64,000 bases of DNA from Candidatus Saccharimonadales bacterium (GTDB lineage: Bacteria; Patescibacteriota; Saccharimonadia; Saccharimonadales; 2-12-FULL-41-12). The position numbers were made by a program, and so were the translations under genes. The stretch spans positions 3,345-67,344 of the forward strand of contig JBFIJM010000003.1 in the NCBI GenBank assembly GCA_041600715.1. Direction: 5' to 3'. The notes beneath the pieces were generated by a model that saw only the letters and a list, made by a program, of their open reading frames with translations, was not told the origin of the DNA and searched no databases. Positions 46,022 through 54,638 of this stretch are shown here, in pieces; position 1 is the stretch's first letter, and the number at the start of each line of letters is the position of its first letter.

Positions 46022-46639
46022 CTACATAAATTTTTTACTCCCAATGTACCGAGACATGATGCGATAATTCATGTAGCTACATACTAATATTTTTGCCAGG
46101 GCAAAGTCGATCTGTATGATCGCTATCCAGATAGCTATCATGTAGTACATTGCATCGGATATAAAATTACCATTCGCAATAATAAATACACCAGTGCGAG
46201 TGTAGTCAGATATTATTTTTTGCTTGTGGTCGTATAGGTTATTGGTCATCCAAGGATAAATTGTTTCTTCCCTGTATGTTTCGAACGCTGAGAAAATCGC
46301 CAAAAATATATGCGTTGCTATGTATATGGGCCATGTATCAACCTTTAACCATAAAATGTGGAGATCGGGTCCCGGACCAAATCGGACATATGTCGAATTT
46401 AGATCCGACCGCATCATGAATGGGATAAATATAAGTACAATAAGTAGTAGGTTGAATATTGTAATATTGACATATTTGGTTTCTTTTTTTATAGAGGAAT
46501 GATCATTGAACTGACCTGATTGAGTATTAATTTGAATAGCTACGTCGTCTGATCCATCAGAATATTCCCCACTTGAGTGTCTAGACCCCTGGTTACTTGA
46601 GCTAGGGATTGGTGACCATTCTCTTTCAATATCAGACAT
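46022..46639 (-). CDS. multi-pass membrane protein
   Basis: 205 aa with four hydrophobic segments. Confidence 0.6.
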   Translation of the reverse strand: MSDIEREWSPIPSSSNQGSRHSSGEYSDGSDDVAIQINTQSGQFNDHSSIKKETKYVNITIFNLLLIVLIFIPFMMRSDLNSTYVRFGPGPDLHILWLKVDTWPIYIATHIFLAIFSAFETYREETIYPWMTNNLYDHKQKIISDYTRTGVFIIANGNFISDAMYYMIAIWIAIIQIDFALAKILVCSYMNYRIMSRYIGSKKFM

Positions 46640-46650
46640 TATTATGGTGA

Positions 46651-46720
46651 GTTGAATGTTTAATGTTGAATGTTGAATGTTGAATGTTGAATGTTGAATG
46701 TTGAATGTTTAATGTTGAAT
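46651..46720. repeat. heptamer array (gttgaat / gtttaat, 10 units) in the 5-prime leader region of gene 46022-46639
   Basis: Direct reading. It lies between the AAAAATTGA motif (46726-46734, minus sense) and the ATG at 46639. Confidence 0.95.
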
Positions 46721-46725
46721 GTCTT

Positions 46726-46734
46726 TCAATTTTT
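46726..46734 (-). promoter_or_regulatory. AAAAATTGA motif
   Basis: The plus strand reads tcaattttt, 4 nt after the stop of the upstream gene (46739) and 86 nt upstream of the ATG at 46639. Confidence 0.4.
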
Positions 46735-46738
46735 AAAT

Positions 46739-47395
46739 CTAAATAATAAGAATATAAATAAGCACATTCTTATAAACAATACTAATGGGTAAGTCAATAT
46801 CTAGTACCTGTCGTTTTTCCATTTGCCGCATGGGGCAGTAATCAACATTGTCCAATTGGATTTGGGCTTCTTCAAAGGTTTCGCGGATAGAACATTGCAT
46901 AAGGCTCTCAAATTTTTCTATCTTACCATTACTTGTCGTACCAATATCGATGTTTTTGTATTTTTTTATATGTCGAACTGGAGTCTCGACCTGGCAGAGT
47001 AATCGGTAATTATCTGGGATCTTGTTCAATTGTGGATACAATTTATCATGAAGATACTTCATAACAAACCCAAGTGACACCTTTGAAGTGGTGTTGATTT
47101 GTTTAGCTTGCCTAATCTTGTGGTCCGGGATAAGGGACGAAATACGTTTCGAGTCGCCTAAATCCTCCAGTCTCACAGATAAAAGGCTGTCGATCTCTTT
47201 GGATTTCTGAAAATGGTCAACGGCCATCTCTGAGAATTCTCTGGGTGCAATAACAAGTGTAGATACTGCTTTAAACCTTAGCCTCTTCTCTTCAGAGAAT
47301 GTGTTTGGCTTTTTCGAATTCTCGTAGTTCATGTCAATAAACAGACTTTTTAGTCGGTAGTTATAGTACGAACTATATATACGATAGGTATTCAT
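46739..47395 (-). CDS. Nudix hydrolase, likely an mRNA-decapping type (ASFV D250R/g5R, vaccinia D9/D10 class)
   Basis: Nudix box GKIEKFESLMQCSIRETFEEAQI fits Gx5Ex7REUxEExGU except that G is replaced by Q. Confidence 0.65.
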   Translation of the reverse strand: MNTYRIYSSYYNYRLKSLFIDMNYENSKKPNTFSEEKRLRFKAVSTLVIAPREFSEMAVDHFQKSKEIDSLLSVRLEDLGDSKRISSLIPDHKIRQAKQINTTSKVSLGFVMKYLHDKLYPQLNKIPDNYRLLCQVETPVRHIKKYKNIDIGTTSNGKIEKFESLMQCSIRETFEEAQIQLDNVDYCPMRQMEKRQVLDIDLPISIVYKNVLIYILII

Positions 47396-47425
47396 TTTTA
47401 ATACAAATTAAATGCATCATCGTTT

Positions 47426-47437
47426 AAAAAATGAAAA
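47426..47437 (+). promoter_or_regulatory. AAAAAATGAAAA variant motif
   Basis: It lies 25 nt upstream of the ATG at 47463; this is a weaker variant (TGA instead of TTGA). Confidence 0.3.
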
Positions 47438-47462
47438 GCCTCCTCTTATATACACTTGAATA

Positions 47463-48239
47463 ATGCCAGACGTTAAAATTTATACTAAAACCGGCGATAC
47501 AGGTAAAACTACTCTATTCGGTAATGATAACAAATATTCTAAATCCGACAGTGTATTCGATTTAATGGGAGGCATTGACGAAGTTAATGCAGGACTAGGC
47601 CTACTTACATATCAAGTTCGGGCATTAAAACAATACTGGAATAAACATACAATATACTTGTTAGGCCTAATCATATTCTGCGGATTCGCTTCTTGCTGTA
47701 TATCACATATATATACTGGCAAAATCGACCCTTCATATTTAACACCTATTGTATTGATGTGGTTTGCAAGTATTTTTGTCTTTGAGTACAGTAGCTGTCA
47801 GTCAAAGAAATTTACAAAAATAGAAGATGTACTATTAATGATTCAAGAGAAAAATGTTAATCTTCTAAGTCATATTAGTAATCCTGACCGTGTTCGGTTC
47901 ATAGGTGGTGCTGAAATCGTCAAGATAATGGAAGAAGAAATTGACACGATAACTGCGATACTTCCAAAATTAACTAATTTTATCCTGGTGTATAAATCGA
48001 AAGAGTCTGCTTGGTGCAACGTTACACGTACAATTGTTCGTCGAGTAGAACGAGAACTTTCTAGATATTGTCTTGAGCACAAATCGTTGAACACTGAATG
48101 TCTGCCATATATGAACCGCATGTCTGATTATCTATTCACTGTTGCCAGATGTATTGATAATGATCAGTGGTCGCCGCCGACTAACTATTATCATGCTGTG
48201 TCTGGACGCAATGGAAAGAGTGTTAAAAAAAATAAGTAA
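47463..48239 (+). CDS. PduO-type ATP:cob(I)alamin adenosyltransferase (MMAB-like) with a hydrophobic insertion of about 50 aa
   Basis: KIYTKTGDTGKTTLFG, GGIDEVNAGLG, LPKLTNFIL, TRTIVRRVERE and YMNRMSDYLFTVAR match the family blocks. The insert is IYLLGLIIFCGFASCCISHIY...IVLMWFASIFVF. Confidence 0.75.
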   Translation: MPDVKIYTKTGDTGKTTLFGNDNKYSKSDSVFDLMGGIDEVNAGLGLLTYQVRALKQYWNKHTIYLLGLIIFCGFASCCISHIYTGKIDPSYLTPIVLMWFASIFVFEYSSCQSKKFTKIEDVLLMIQEKNVNLLSHISNPDRVRFIGGAEIVKIMEEEIDTITAILPKLTNFILVYKSKESAWCNVTRTIVRRVERELSRYCLEHKSLNTECLPYMNRMSDYLFTVARCIDNDQWSPPTNYYHAVSGRNGKSVKKNK

Positions 48240-48259
48240 TTTAACTGATTTATTTTTTT
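48225..48259. terminator. A8 ... T7 bidirectional module at a convergent junction
   Basis: A8 at 48225-48232 serves the minus gene and T7 at 48253-48259 serves the plus gene. Confidence 0.5.
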
Positions 48260-48260
48260 C

Positions 48261-49799
48261 TTAGCTGGGTTCCGGTGCTTGTTTGGGAACACGACCCGAC
48301 GGACGAGAGCTCTTTTTCTTCGATGCCGCGACTGATTCAGCCGACGCAATCGATCGGGGTTGTTCGATGCCATCCTCAAACCACTCTGGAGCTTCGGATT
48401 GACTAAAGAAATGGTCAGTCGAAAAGTCCCCAGTGCGTGCGTTGTGTACGTGATAGTCCACCTGAATTCCGTCTTCAGGACATTCATCAGATGCATATGA
48501 ACTTTGGTTGATGGACTCAGCTCCCATAGTACTGAGTGTTTTATTACCTTTCTTCCACTTAGTAAATGCATCGTCGTCAGGCCCAACTTCCTTAATATTT
48601 TCCTTTTTCTTCCGCGCGATACGCTTTTGCATGAGATCCTTACCCAATCGGACGTCCCGTTCTTGCTGTTTGAAGATTTCTTCAAGCACTTGCGTCTTTT
48701 CGTTAAAGAATCGCATGTTCTTCCTAACTTTTTTGAAGGGGGCAATAATGTTCCATTTACCAGAATGCGCCTTGAAAATTTCTGCCGAAACCTCTGATTT
48801 ATGTTTAGCAATAAATTTATCAGCAGCATCATCATCGTCATGCCAGTCATATGGATTAACTGCTGTTTCAAAGTCAGGTTTATCGTTATAAATATCAGTA
48901 ACAACCCCCCGGATCTCCTCAAAATTTACCTCTTGGTAGTATCGCCACCTGTGAAAAATATCATGTGGAGGAATCATATTCGTAGTAGTCTCACGAACTC
49001 TATCATCTTTCTCGGTCGACCCGGCAACGATGGCAGTTGATGTTGTAGGTGATGAAACCTGCTTTTTCTTGGGCGGCGATCGTACCTTGACTGATTTATC
49101 GGGCGTGGTTGAGGAGGCTGAGGAGGCTGAGGAGGCTGAGGCGGCTGAGGCGGCTGAGGCGGACTTCCTAATTTTTTCTTTAGCTTCATGTCTACGCATG
49201 GTCTCCTTGAACTTCGGATCACGCCTTTTCTCCTTAGCAATAGCCAGTTTCGCAGCTGGAGTATCCAGTAGAGTGCGTTCCGCGTCAGATGGATTGGGTA
49301 GATAGGATGATCGAACATGTTTTTCCGGATCATATTGAAACAAACTCCCGAGAAATTCCTTAACGATACACCGCTTTTGCATCTGCTTCCAATTTTGTTT
49401 ATATTCCTCAAGAACCTTTCCTTTTACCTTAATCTTTCCTTCTTTATCTTTTGGAGGGTCGATTAGTGTCGGATCCTTATTATATTGTTCGACCGGTACC
49501 ACAGTTAAACCGTCAGGTACTCCCCACTCGTCGTTCATTCTGTTGATAAATGCAATGAGAGATGTCATAAGAAACTTCTCTTTGTATTTCTTATCCATGT
49601 CAACAAAAGAAAAGGTAAGTACTTTATCACTACCCTGAATCGTCCTACCATAAGGATTAATTTTTTTCCTCAACGATCGAACAACGTCATCTGGCATTTT
49701 AGCCAAGTTCTCCGGAGTAATCTCATTAAGTAAAGTCGACAACTCTTCCTCATCTTGTTTGGGGGTCCGAGCGACTTTTGTCTTCTTTACTTCGCTCAT
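48261..49799 (-). CDS. hypothetical protein (512 aa) with an (SA)n tract
   Basis: Long ORF. The same-strand alternative-frame ORFs 48191-48922 and 48974-49411 are judged spurious. Confidence 0.65.
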   Translation of the reverse strand: MSEVKKTKVARTPKQDEEELSTLLNEITPENLAKMPDDVVRSLRKKINPYGRTIQGSDKVLTFSFVDMDKKYKEKFLMTSLIAFINRMNDEWGVPDGLTVVPVEQYNKDPTLIDPPKDKEGKIKVKGKVLEEYKQNWKQMQKRCIVKEFLGSLFQYDPEKHVRSSYLPNPSDAERTLLDTPAAKLAIAKEKRRDPKFKETMRRHEAKEKIRKSASAASAASASSASSASSTTPDKSVKVRSPPKKKQVSSPTTSTAIVAGSTEKDDRVRETTTNMIPPHDIFHRWRYYQEVNFEEIRGVVTDIYNDKPDFETAVNPYDWHDDDDAADKFIAKHKSEVSAEIFKAHSGKWNIIAPFKKVRKNMRFFNEKTQVLEEIFKQQERDVRLGKDLMQKRIARKKKENIKEVGPDDDAFTKWKKGNKTLSTMGAESINQSSYASDECPEDGIQVDYHVHNARTGDFSTDHFFSQSEAPEWFEDGIEQPRSIASAESVAASKKKSSRPSGRVPKQAPEPS

Positions 49800-49867
49800 A
49801 TTATATGGGTTTTATAATGTGTGTTTAGATTAAATCGAGTTAAAGACTTTATAAATTTTAGATATAC

Positions 49868-51100
49868 ATGAGTACCATCGAGAATCTCCATCATAATATT
49901 ACATCAAGGTTCGTTGTGCTCCAATCCATTGTCGACCTCTTTGAAACACATGGTCTTGAAAATAAAAGGGTAAAAAAGAAATTGGAAAAATTAATCGACG
50001 TATATAACAAAGGTTCTATCGTTATTTTGTCAAAATATCATGTTGATCAAGACGTTAATAGTCTAGAAAACTATCAAATATTTGTAAACGAGGAAAACTT
50101 CCACAATAAGTTGGAGCAAATTTACAAACATCTCAATGATGAAAATCTACATGACAACCAAGATTTGAGAAAACTAAGGGCCCAATATGAATCATATGTT
50201 ACATATAAAAATAACGAATATAAGAATAAATATTCAACATGTACATGCGGAACAAAGATGGTTATCAAGTCAAATACAAGTGAATTATTATGTATTGCAT
50301 GTGGAGAAACAAAAAATCTAAAGGGTACTGTGTTTGAGGATGATCAATTTTACATGCAGGATGGACGTCCTAAAAATAATTCATACGACGTCACTGGACA
50401 TTGCGAAAAATGGTTGGAAAAAATACAAGCCCGAGAACCTGCACAAATTCCCGAGTCCGTTATTATTACTGTGAAAAAATGTATTCGGGGAGATAAAATC
50501 AAAGATCTAGGGAGTATCAAATGTGAAAATATCAGGGAGTACCTGCAAGAAAAAAAGCTAGCGAACTACTACAATCACGCACCGTTAATTCGTAAAAAAA
50601 TCACTGACATCTCGCCACCCCAATTAACCGACGAAGAATTTCAATTAACTATCTTATATTTTGCTATATTTATCAAAATCTTTGAACGGATCAAACCTAA
50701 AGGCATGACTAACTGCTCGTATCATCCGTATTTTATCTATAAAATTCTTGAGCAAATTATCGACCGATCCGATAAAATGATGTTAGAGGAATCCGATGAT
50801 GACTCTGATTATGAGTCAGACCTCGAAGGTAACCATGGTGATACAATCGGCAATAGTCTTGATGACCTCGAATGGGAACGGTCATTGACCGTCCCTGTCA
50901 TCAAAAAGCTTACTCCCAGGAAGAAACGCGTCCCATTTCCCCTCAAGTATTCGAAGAGAAAAAAAGAAATCTTAAGCTGTATACATCTGCAATCAAAATC
51001 GACTCTTATCGAGAAAGATCAAATTTTTCGGGAGGTATGTGATGATATTCCTAAGTTTACCTATGTGGCGACCAATAAAAATAAACATAACCAATTTTAA
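49868..51100 (+). CDS. VLTF3-like late transcription factor (vaccinia A2L / ASFV B385R class)
   Basis: Zn ribbon CTCGTKMVIKSNTSELLCIACGE followed by the conserved helical core (..NCSYHPYFIYKILEQI); tagatatac abuts the ATG. Confidence 0.7.
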   Translation: MSTIENLHHNITSRFVVLQSIVDLFETHGLENKRVKKKLEKLIDVYNKGSIVILSKYHVDQDVNSLENYQIFVNEENFHNKLEQIYKHLNDENLHDNQDLRKLRAQYESYVTYKNNEYKNKYSTCTCGTKMVIKSNTSELLCIACGETKNLKGTVFEDDQFYMQDGRPKNNSYDVTGHCEKWLEKIQAREPAQIPESVIITVKKCIRGDKIKDLGSIKCENIREYLQEKKLANYYNHAPLIRKKITDISPPQLTDEEFQLTILYFAIFIKIFERIKPKGMTNCSYHPYFIYKILEQIIDRSDKMMLEESDDDSDYESDLEGNHGDTIGNSLDDLEWERSLTVPVIKKLTPRKKRVPFPLKYSKRKKEILSCIHLQSKSTLIEKDQIFREVCDDIPKFTYVATNKNKHNQF

Positions 51101-51101
51101 C

Positions 51102-51178
51102 AATCCAGATATTCTTCTAATTAATCCAGATATTCTTCTAATTAATCCAGATATTCTTCTAATTAATCCAGATATTCC
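51102..51178. repeat. 21-nt tandem array (aatccagatattcttctaatt, 3.7 copies)
   Basis: The distal copy is the last codons plus stop (..NIWIN*) of the minus gene 51159-51488. Confidence 0.95.
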
Positions 51179-51488
51179 CGCATTTTTTAGTAATACACGC
51201 GTTGATTAATTTTTTACCCTTACCAAGCCTCGCTTGTTTAACAATCTTACCCCCACATGCGCATGTGATATATTTTTTAGGGTTGGCTGGGTCATCCGTT
51301 ATTTTTTTGATAATTTTATTAAATACCATAAGGTTTGTTCCTTTAATTTCCTCATACCTAAGTGTATCGTTGGCGGTTGTTTTGTATTCTTCGCCACATG
51401 AAGGACATGAAAAAACTAGGTTTTCACCTGCCGTGTCGACATTCAGAAGATTTTTACAGTTACGACAGAATTGATTCTTATCCGACAT
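51159..51488 (-). CDS. RPB9-like RNA polymerase subunit / TFIIS-family double zinc-ribbon protein (ASFV C105R class)
   Basis: N-ribbon FCRNCKNLL..FSCPSCGEEY and C-ribbon CACGG..CITKKCGNIW; 109 aa. It has no TFIIS acidic hairpin (DE). Confidence 0.6.
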   Translation of the reverse strand: MSDKNQFCRNCKNLLNVDTAGENLVFSCPSCGEEYKTTANDTLRYEEIKGTNLMVFNKIIKKITDDPANPKKYITCACGGKIVKQARLGKGKKLINACITKKCGNIWIN

Positions 51489-51503
51489 TATATCATATTA
51501 TGC

Positions 51504-51514
51504 ATTCAATTTTA
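51504..51514 (-). promoter_or_regulatory. TAAAATTGAAT motif
   Basis: It lies 17 nt upstream of the ATG at 51488 and is part of an 18-nt block identical to 52072-52089. Confidence 0.55.
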
Positions 51515-51538
51515 ATACATATGTAAATCAGTCACTCC

Positions 51539-52054
51539 TTAGATTTGATCAGGCATATCCATCTCATTAACATCCCATACTTCGGCTAACGCGCTATTCA
51601 ACATTCTCATTATCGACAACGGACACTTCCGGTCTTTTACCTCTTTCTCGGCCTTTTGGATAGGGTTTAATGACGGGTCAACATCTGTAAAGACAACCCC
51701 CGTTGGGTTTGATTGTATATGTTTAGCTCTGATAGATATAATTTCAGTGTACTCATATCTAGACATTATATCAGATGTTTTCCTCTTGTCGCGAGTTACA
51801 ACTACAACCTCTCGGATTGCCTCAGGTACATACTTAATGGGATTATATACATGGAACGGAATTCCATGGTATGGTTCTTGACCGTGTTCGGTAGAATCGG
51901 ATAGTGGGGGGGAAGTTACTATTGAAGCCTTCAACTGGCGCGTTGCTGATTTACCTTTACTTTCTTGCCTTGGTTTACTTGGACTCTTTGCCGTAGGACT
52001 CTTTACCTTAGAACTCTTCGCCGTAGGGGCAGCTGATGTTTTCTTGACAGGCAT
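51539..52054 (-). CDS. RNA polymerase subunit RPB6 (ASFV C147L class)
   Basis: MSRYEYTEIISIRAKHIQ...NPIQKAEKEVKDRKCPLSIMRML..EVWDVNEM parallels MTKYERARVLGTRALQI...IAMKELKARKIPIIIRRYL..EDWGVDEL. Confidence 0.8.
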   Translation of the reverse strand: MPVKKTSAAPTAKSSKVKSPTAKSPSKPRQESKGKSATRQLKASIVTSPPLSDSTEHGQEPYHGIPFHVYNPIKYVPEAIREVVVVTRDKRKTSDIMSRYEYTEIISIRAKHIQSNPTGVVFTDVDPSLNPIQKAEKEVKDRKCPLSIMRMLNSALAEVWDVNEMDMPDQI

Positions 52055-52069
52055 TATATATTAAAGCGG

Positions 52070-52081
52070 ATTTCAATTTTA
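52070..52081 (-). promoter_or_regulatory. TAAAATTGAAAT motif
   Basis: It lies 18 nt upstream of the ATG at 52054, within the 39-nt divergent gap. Confidence 0.55.
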
Positions 52082-52093
52082 ATACATATAAGC

Positions 52094-52540
52094 ATGCAAT
52101 TTAACCAAATTCTTATTGGATGGGCGATGTGGACGATAAATTGTATGTTATTATGCGCTTGGATTCTAGAAAGAATGCGTGGACATATTTACAACACATA
52201 TTTAAAGTATGTGTCAGACGGACACATTGCTTCAGTAATATCATACCCCGTAATAATACACGCTGTTGGAGATAGTAATGTGGTATTGACCAATAAATTA
52301 CGAGAGTATACCAATGCATTTTCCGACAGTTTCTTCGATTCTGATCTTATTATGGATTATTCGGGGCTCGCCCAAACACTTGGGGTCAAACGGGTATTTA
52401 TAACATATTACACGGACGTACTTCGTCATCTAGACATTAATTTTGATACAAATATACAAATCCAATATGTATATACTTCATCAAGCGTTCGCAGGACGAA
52501 GAAAAAAATACTTTTTAACCAAGTAAAATTTGAAACATAA
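52094..52540 (+). CDS. hypothetical protein with an N-terminal hydrophobic segment
   Basis: 148-aa ORF with catataagc before the ATG. Confidence 0.5.
   Translation: MQFNQILIGWAMWTINCMLLCAWILERMRGHIYNTYLKYVSDGHIASVISYPVIIHAVGDSNVVLTNKLREYTNAFSDSFFDSDLIMDYSGLAQTLGVKRVFITYYTDVLRHLDINFDTNIQIQYVYTSSSVRRTKKKILFNQVKFET
52525..52535 (+). promoter_or_regulatory. AAAATTTGAAA motif in the last codons of the upstream gene
   Basis: It lies 28 nt upstream of the ATG at 52562. Confidence 0.4.
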
Positions 52541-52561
52541 AAATCAATATATGTCTGAATC

Positions 52562-53203
52562 ATGAGCAAATCTACAAAAACAACAGAAGCTAAAAAACTG
52601 AACATCCCTAATGGGGCAGTTCGGCAAATTATTCTTAGGTATAAAGAGACTAAAAAGGGTCTTAAAAAAATTAGTGACGAAAAAAAAGAGTTCCACATCG
52701 CCTTCAAAGAATCCGGTGATATTCGAGAGTTCATAATTCTTCTTACCCCGCAAGGTGGTATTTATAAAAACCAAAAACACATACTGTCATTTAAAGCAGT
52801 TTATGGGCCAAATTGTGAACATGTTTTCCCGAAAAATCCCCCACACTTAGTATTTATTACATCTATGTACCATCCAAACGTATATAATACCGGTGCAATA
52901 TGTTTGGATATTCTGAGTGACCCCAGTAAATGGATGCCAGCATATGGGTTTGACGCAGTTATTACGAGTTTAATGCAGTTATTAGAAGACCCTAACGACA
53001 GTAGTCCAGCTAATGGAGACGCAGGTAGTGTACATGCTGCATGTATGAGACGATATACATCAGCAACTAAAGAACAACAAACTCTTGAATTCAAAGATGA
53101 ATGTTTAAAGGATTTCGTCCGTAACGCTGACGCACTGAACGCTACGAACGAACATACACTTGCAAAATATGTAGAAATGTTCCCGATACTCGGCAAAAAA
53201 TAA
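52562..53203 (+). CDS. ubiquitin-conjugating enzyme E2 (ASFV I215L class)
   Basis: UBC core with YHPNVYNTGAICLDILSD..W.PAY and SPANGDA; 213 aa. Confidence 0.85.
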   Translation: MSKSTKTTEAKKLNIPNGAVRQIILRYKETKKGLKKISDEKKEFHIAFKESGDIREFIILLTPQGGIYKNQKHILSFKAVYGPNCEHVFPKNPPHLVFITSMYHPNVYNTGAICLDILSDPSKWMPAYGFDAVITSLMQLLEDPNDSSPANGDAGSVHAACMRRYTSATKEQQTLEFKDECLKDFVRNADALNATNEHTLAKYVEMFPILGKK

Positions 53204-53216
53204 ACATTTATTCTTA

Positions 53217-53223
53217 TTTTTTT
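53217..53223 (+). terminator. T7 tract
   Basis: It lies 13 nt after the stop at 53203. Confidence 0.5.
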
Positions 53224-53241
53224 CCACCAGTCGACTATTAT

Positions 53242-54525
53242 TTATGCAGTTGGTCGCCATTCTTTCGGCATAGGAATCTTATGTTTAATGAATATCTTGC
53301 GTAATTTATTATGGTGTAAATAGAGCATTCGATAATACCTTTTAAAGGTAGTCTTTGAAATAGAACATTCATCAGCTATTTGATCTTGGGTGATATTCAA
53401 CTTTAACCTCACGGTTAGCATAAATATTGCACCTGCACATTTAGTCGTCGGCCGTGAGTCATTCATGATGTGTAATTTTTTATCTTCGGCTCGTTGAATC
53501 AGATCGCTAACGAAACATTTATACTTTTCATCAATCTCTAATGCGCAGAAATATTGTTTTATGTGATCTTCAATAGGCCGTGTCTTAGTTATGATATTTA
53601 ACACTCCATTTTCGTGCATTTCTCTAACTATGCGGTCTCCCTGTGATAGAAACTTCTCCTCGATATCCATAATGGCAGCAATGTCCCTTGGTGGTTTAGT
53701 AATACCTAGTTCTATACATGCATATGTTAAACATGCACCCATTACGCCTCGTTTGCCGAAGTTTCGAAAGATCTTACCAGATTTTTTAATAGTAGTGAAT
53801 TTTTCTATAGCCAGATTAAGTGCTGACTTAGGTACTTTGCGACCATTAAACTGATTATTATACCTGTAAAATTCCTTTGTATTAATGTTTTTTCTGTAAA
53901 CAGTGTAGTCTGATGATGTTTTTAACAGAGATTTCTGGTATTTACCAGCACCTGTACCGACGAATCTAAATGGCATGAATGCACTTGACGAAGTATTATG
54001 ATTTAAATTGGTCGATCGACAAAATCCATTAGACTCTTCAGTAAATTCAGTGGAGTCCTTTTGTTTTCCACATCCCTGACACCCATTATCATCTCCAGCG
54101 TCTTGCTTTACACCACAACAAACGCACTTATACAAGTCCTTGGAAAATCCATCTAAATTAAAGCTTTCTTTTTGAGTCATTTTAAGAATTGCTAAAGCTT
54201 CCCGATCACCTAGATCAGATTTTTTAAACCGTTTATTGAGTCCGGGAGGGGAAGAAATTCCCTCACTCACCTTAATTTGGTGAGTTAAATTAAACATATT
54301 TCCCCATTCATCATTGCTAGTCGGTGTTTTAAATTCGAGCTCTGACCACTCTCTATCATCAATTAAACGTATGCTCCTGGGTGCGTCGCCTAGCGGATTT
54401 TCTAGCGGATCCTGTACATCGTTGATGATTTCTATGTTAAGGCCTGTCCAGTCTTCATCTAGAGTAATTGTGTCACTTTCTATGACGTTAGAAATAGTGA
54501 TCGGCTCTGCAGAATTCATAGACAT
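53242..54525 (-). CDS. TFIIB-like transcription initiation factor (ASFV C315R class)
   Basis: Zn ribbon CVCCGVKQDAGDDNGCQGCGKQ and cyclin-fold blocks GKRGVMGACLTYACIELGITKPPRDIAAIM and TKCAGAIFMLTVRL. Confidence 0.7.
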   Translation of the reverse strand: MSMNSAEPITISNVIESDTITLDEDWTGLNIEIINDVQDPLENPLGDAPRSIRLIDDREWSELEFKTPTSNDEWGNMFNLTHQIKVSEGISSPPGLNKRFKKSDLGDREALAILKMTQKESFNLDGFSKDLYKCVCCGVKQDAGDDNGCQGCGKQKDSTEFTEESNGFCRSTNLNHNTSSSAFMPFRFVGTGAGKYQKSLLKTSSDYTVYRKNINTKEFYRYNNQFNGRKVPKSALNLAIEKFTTIKKSGKIFRNFGKRGVMGACLTYACIELGITKPPRDIAAIMDIEEKFLSQGDRIVREMHENGVLNIITKTRPIEDHIKQYFCALEIDEKYKCFVSDLIQRAEDKKLHIMNDSRPTTKCAGAIFMLTVRLKLNITQDQIADECSISKTTFKRYYRMLYLHHNKLRKIFIKHKIPMPKEWRPTA

Positions 54526-54581
54526 TATATTATATATAATTATTTGTTTAGATAGGAATCACGAGTTATACTCTTGACGTT

Positions 54582-54593
54582 TTCAAATTTGAA
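54582..54593. promoter_or_regulatory. palindromic TTCAAATTTGAA element in a divergent gap
   Basis: It reads identically on both strands, 46 nt from the ATG at 54639(+) and 57 nt from the ATG at 54525(-). Confidence 0.4.
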
Positions 54594-54638
54594 TATATAT
54601 ATTGTATAATGCTTAGTTGATTAAATCAATCTATCTGA

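Noticed and set aside
48191-49411. A 243-aa ORF and a 145-aa ORF on the same strand inside the 512-aa gene 48261-49799
   Set aside because: They are alternative frames fully nested in a longer ORF with a good start context. They have odd basic or low-complexity composition and no separate promoter motif.
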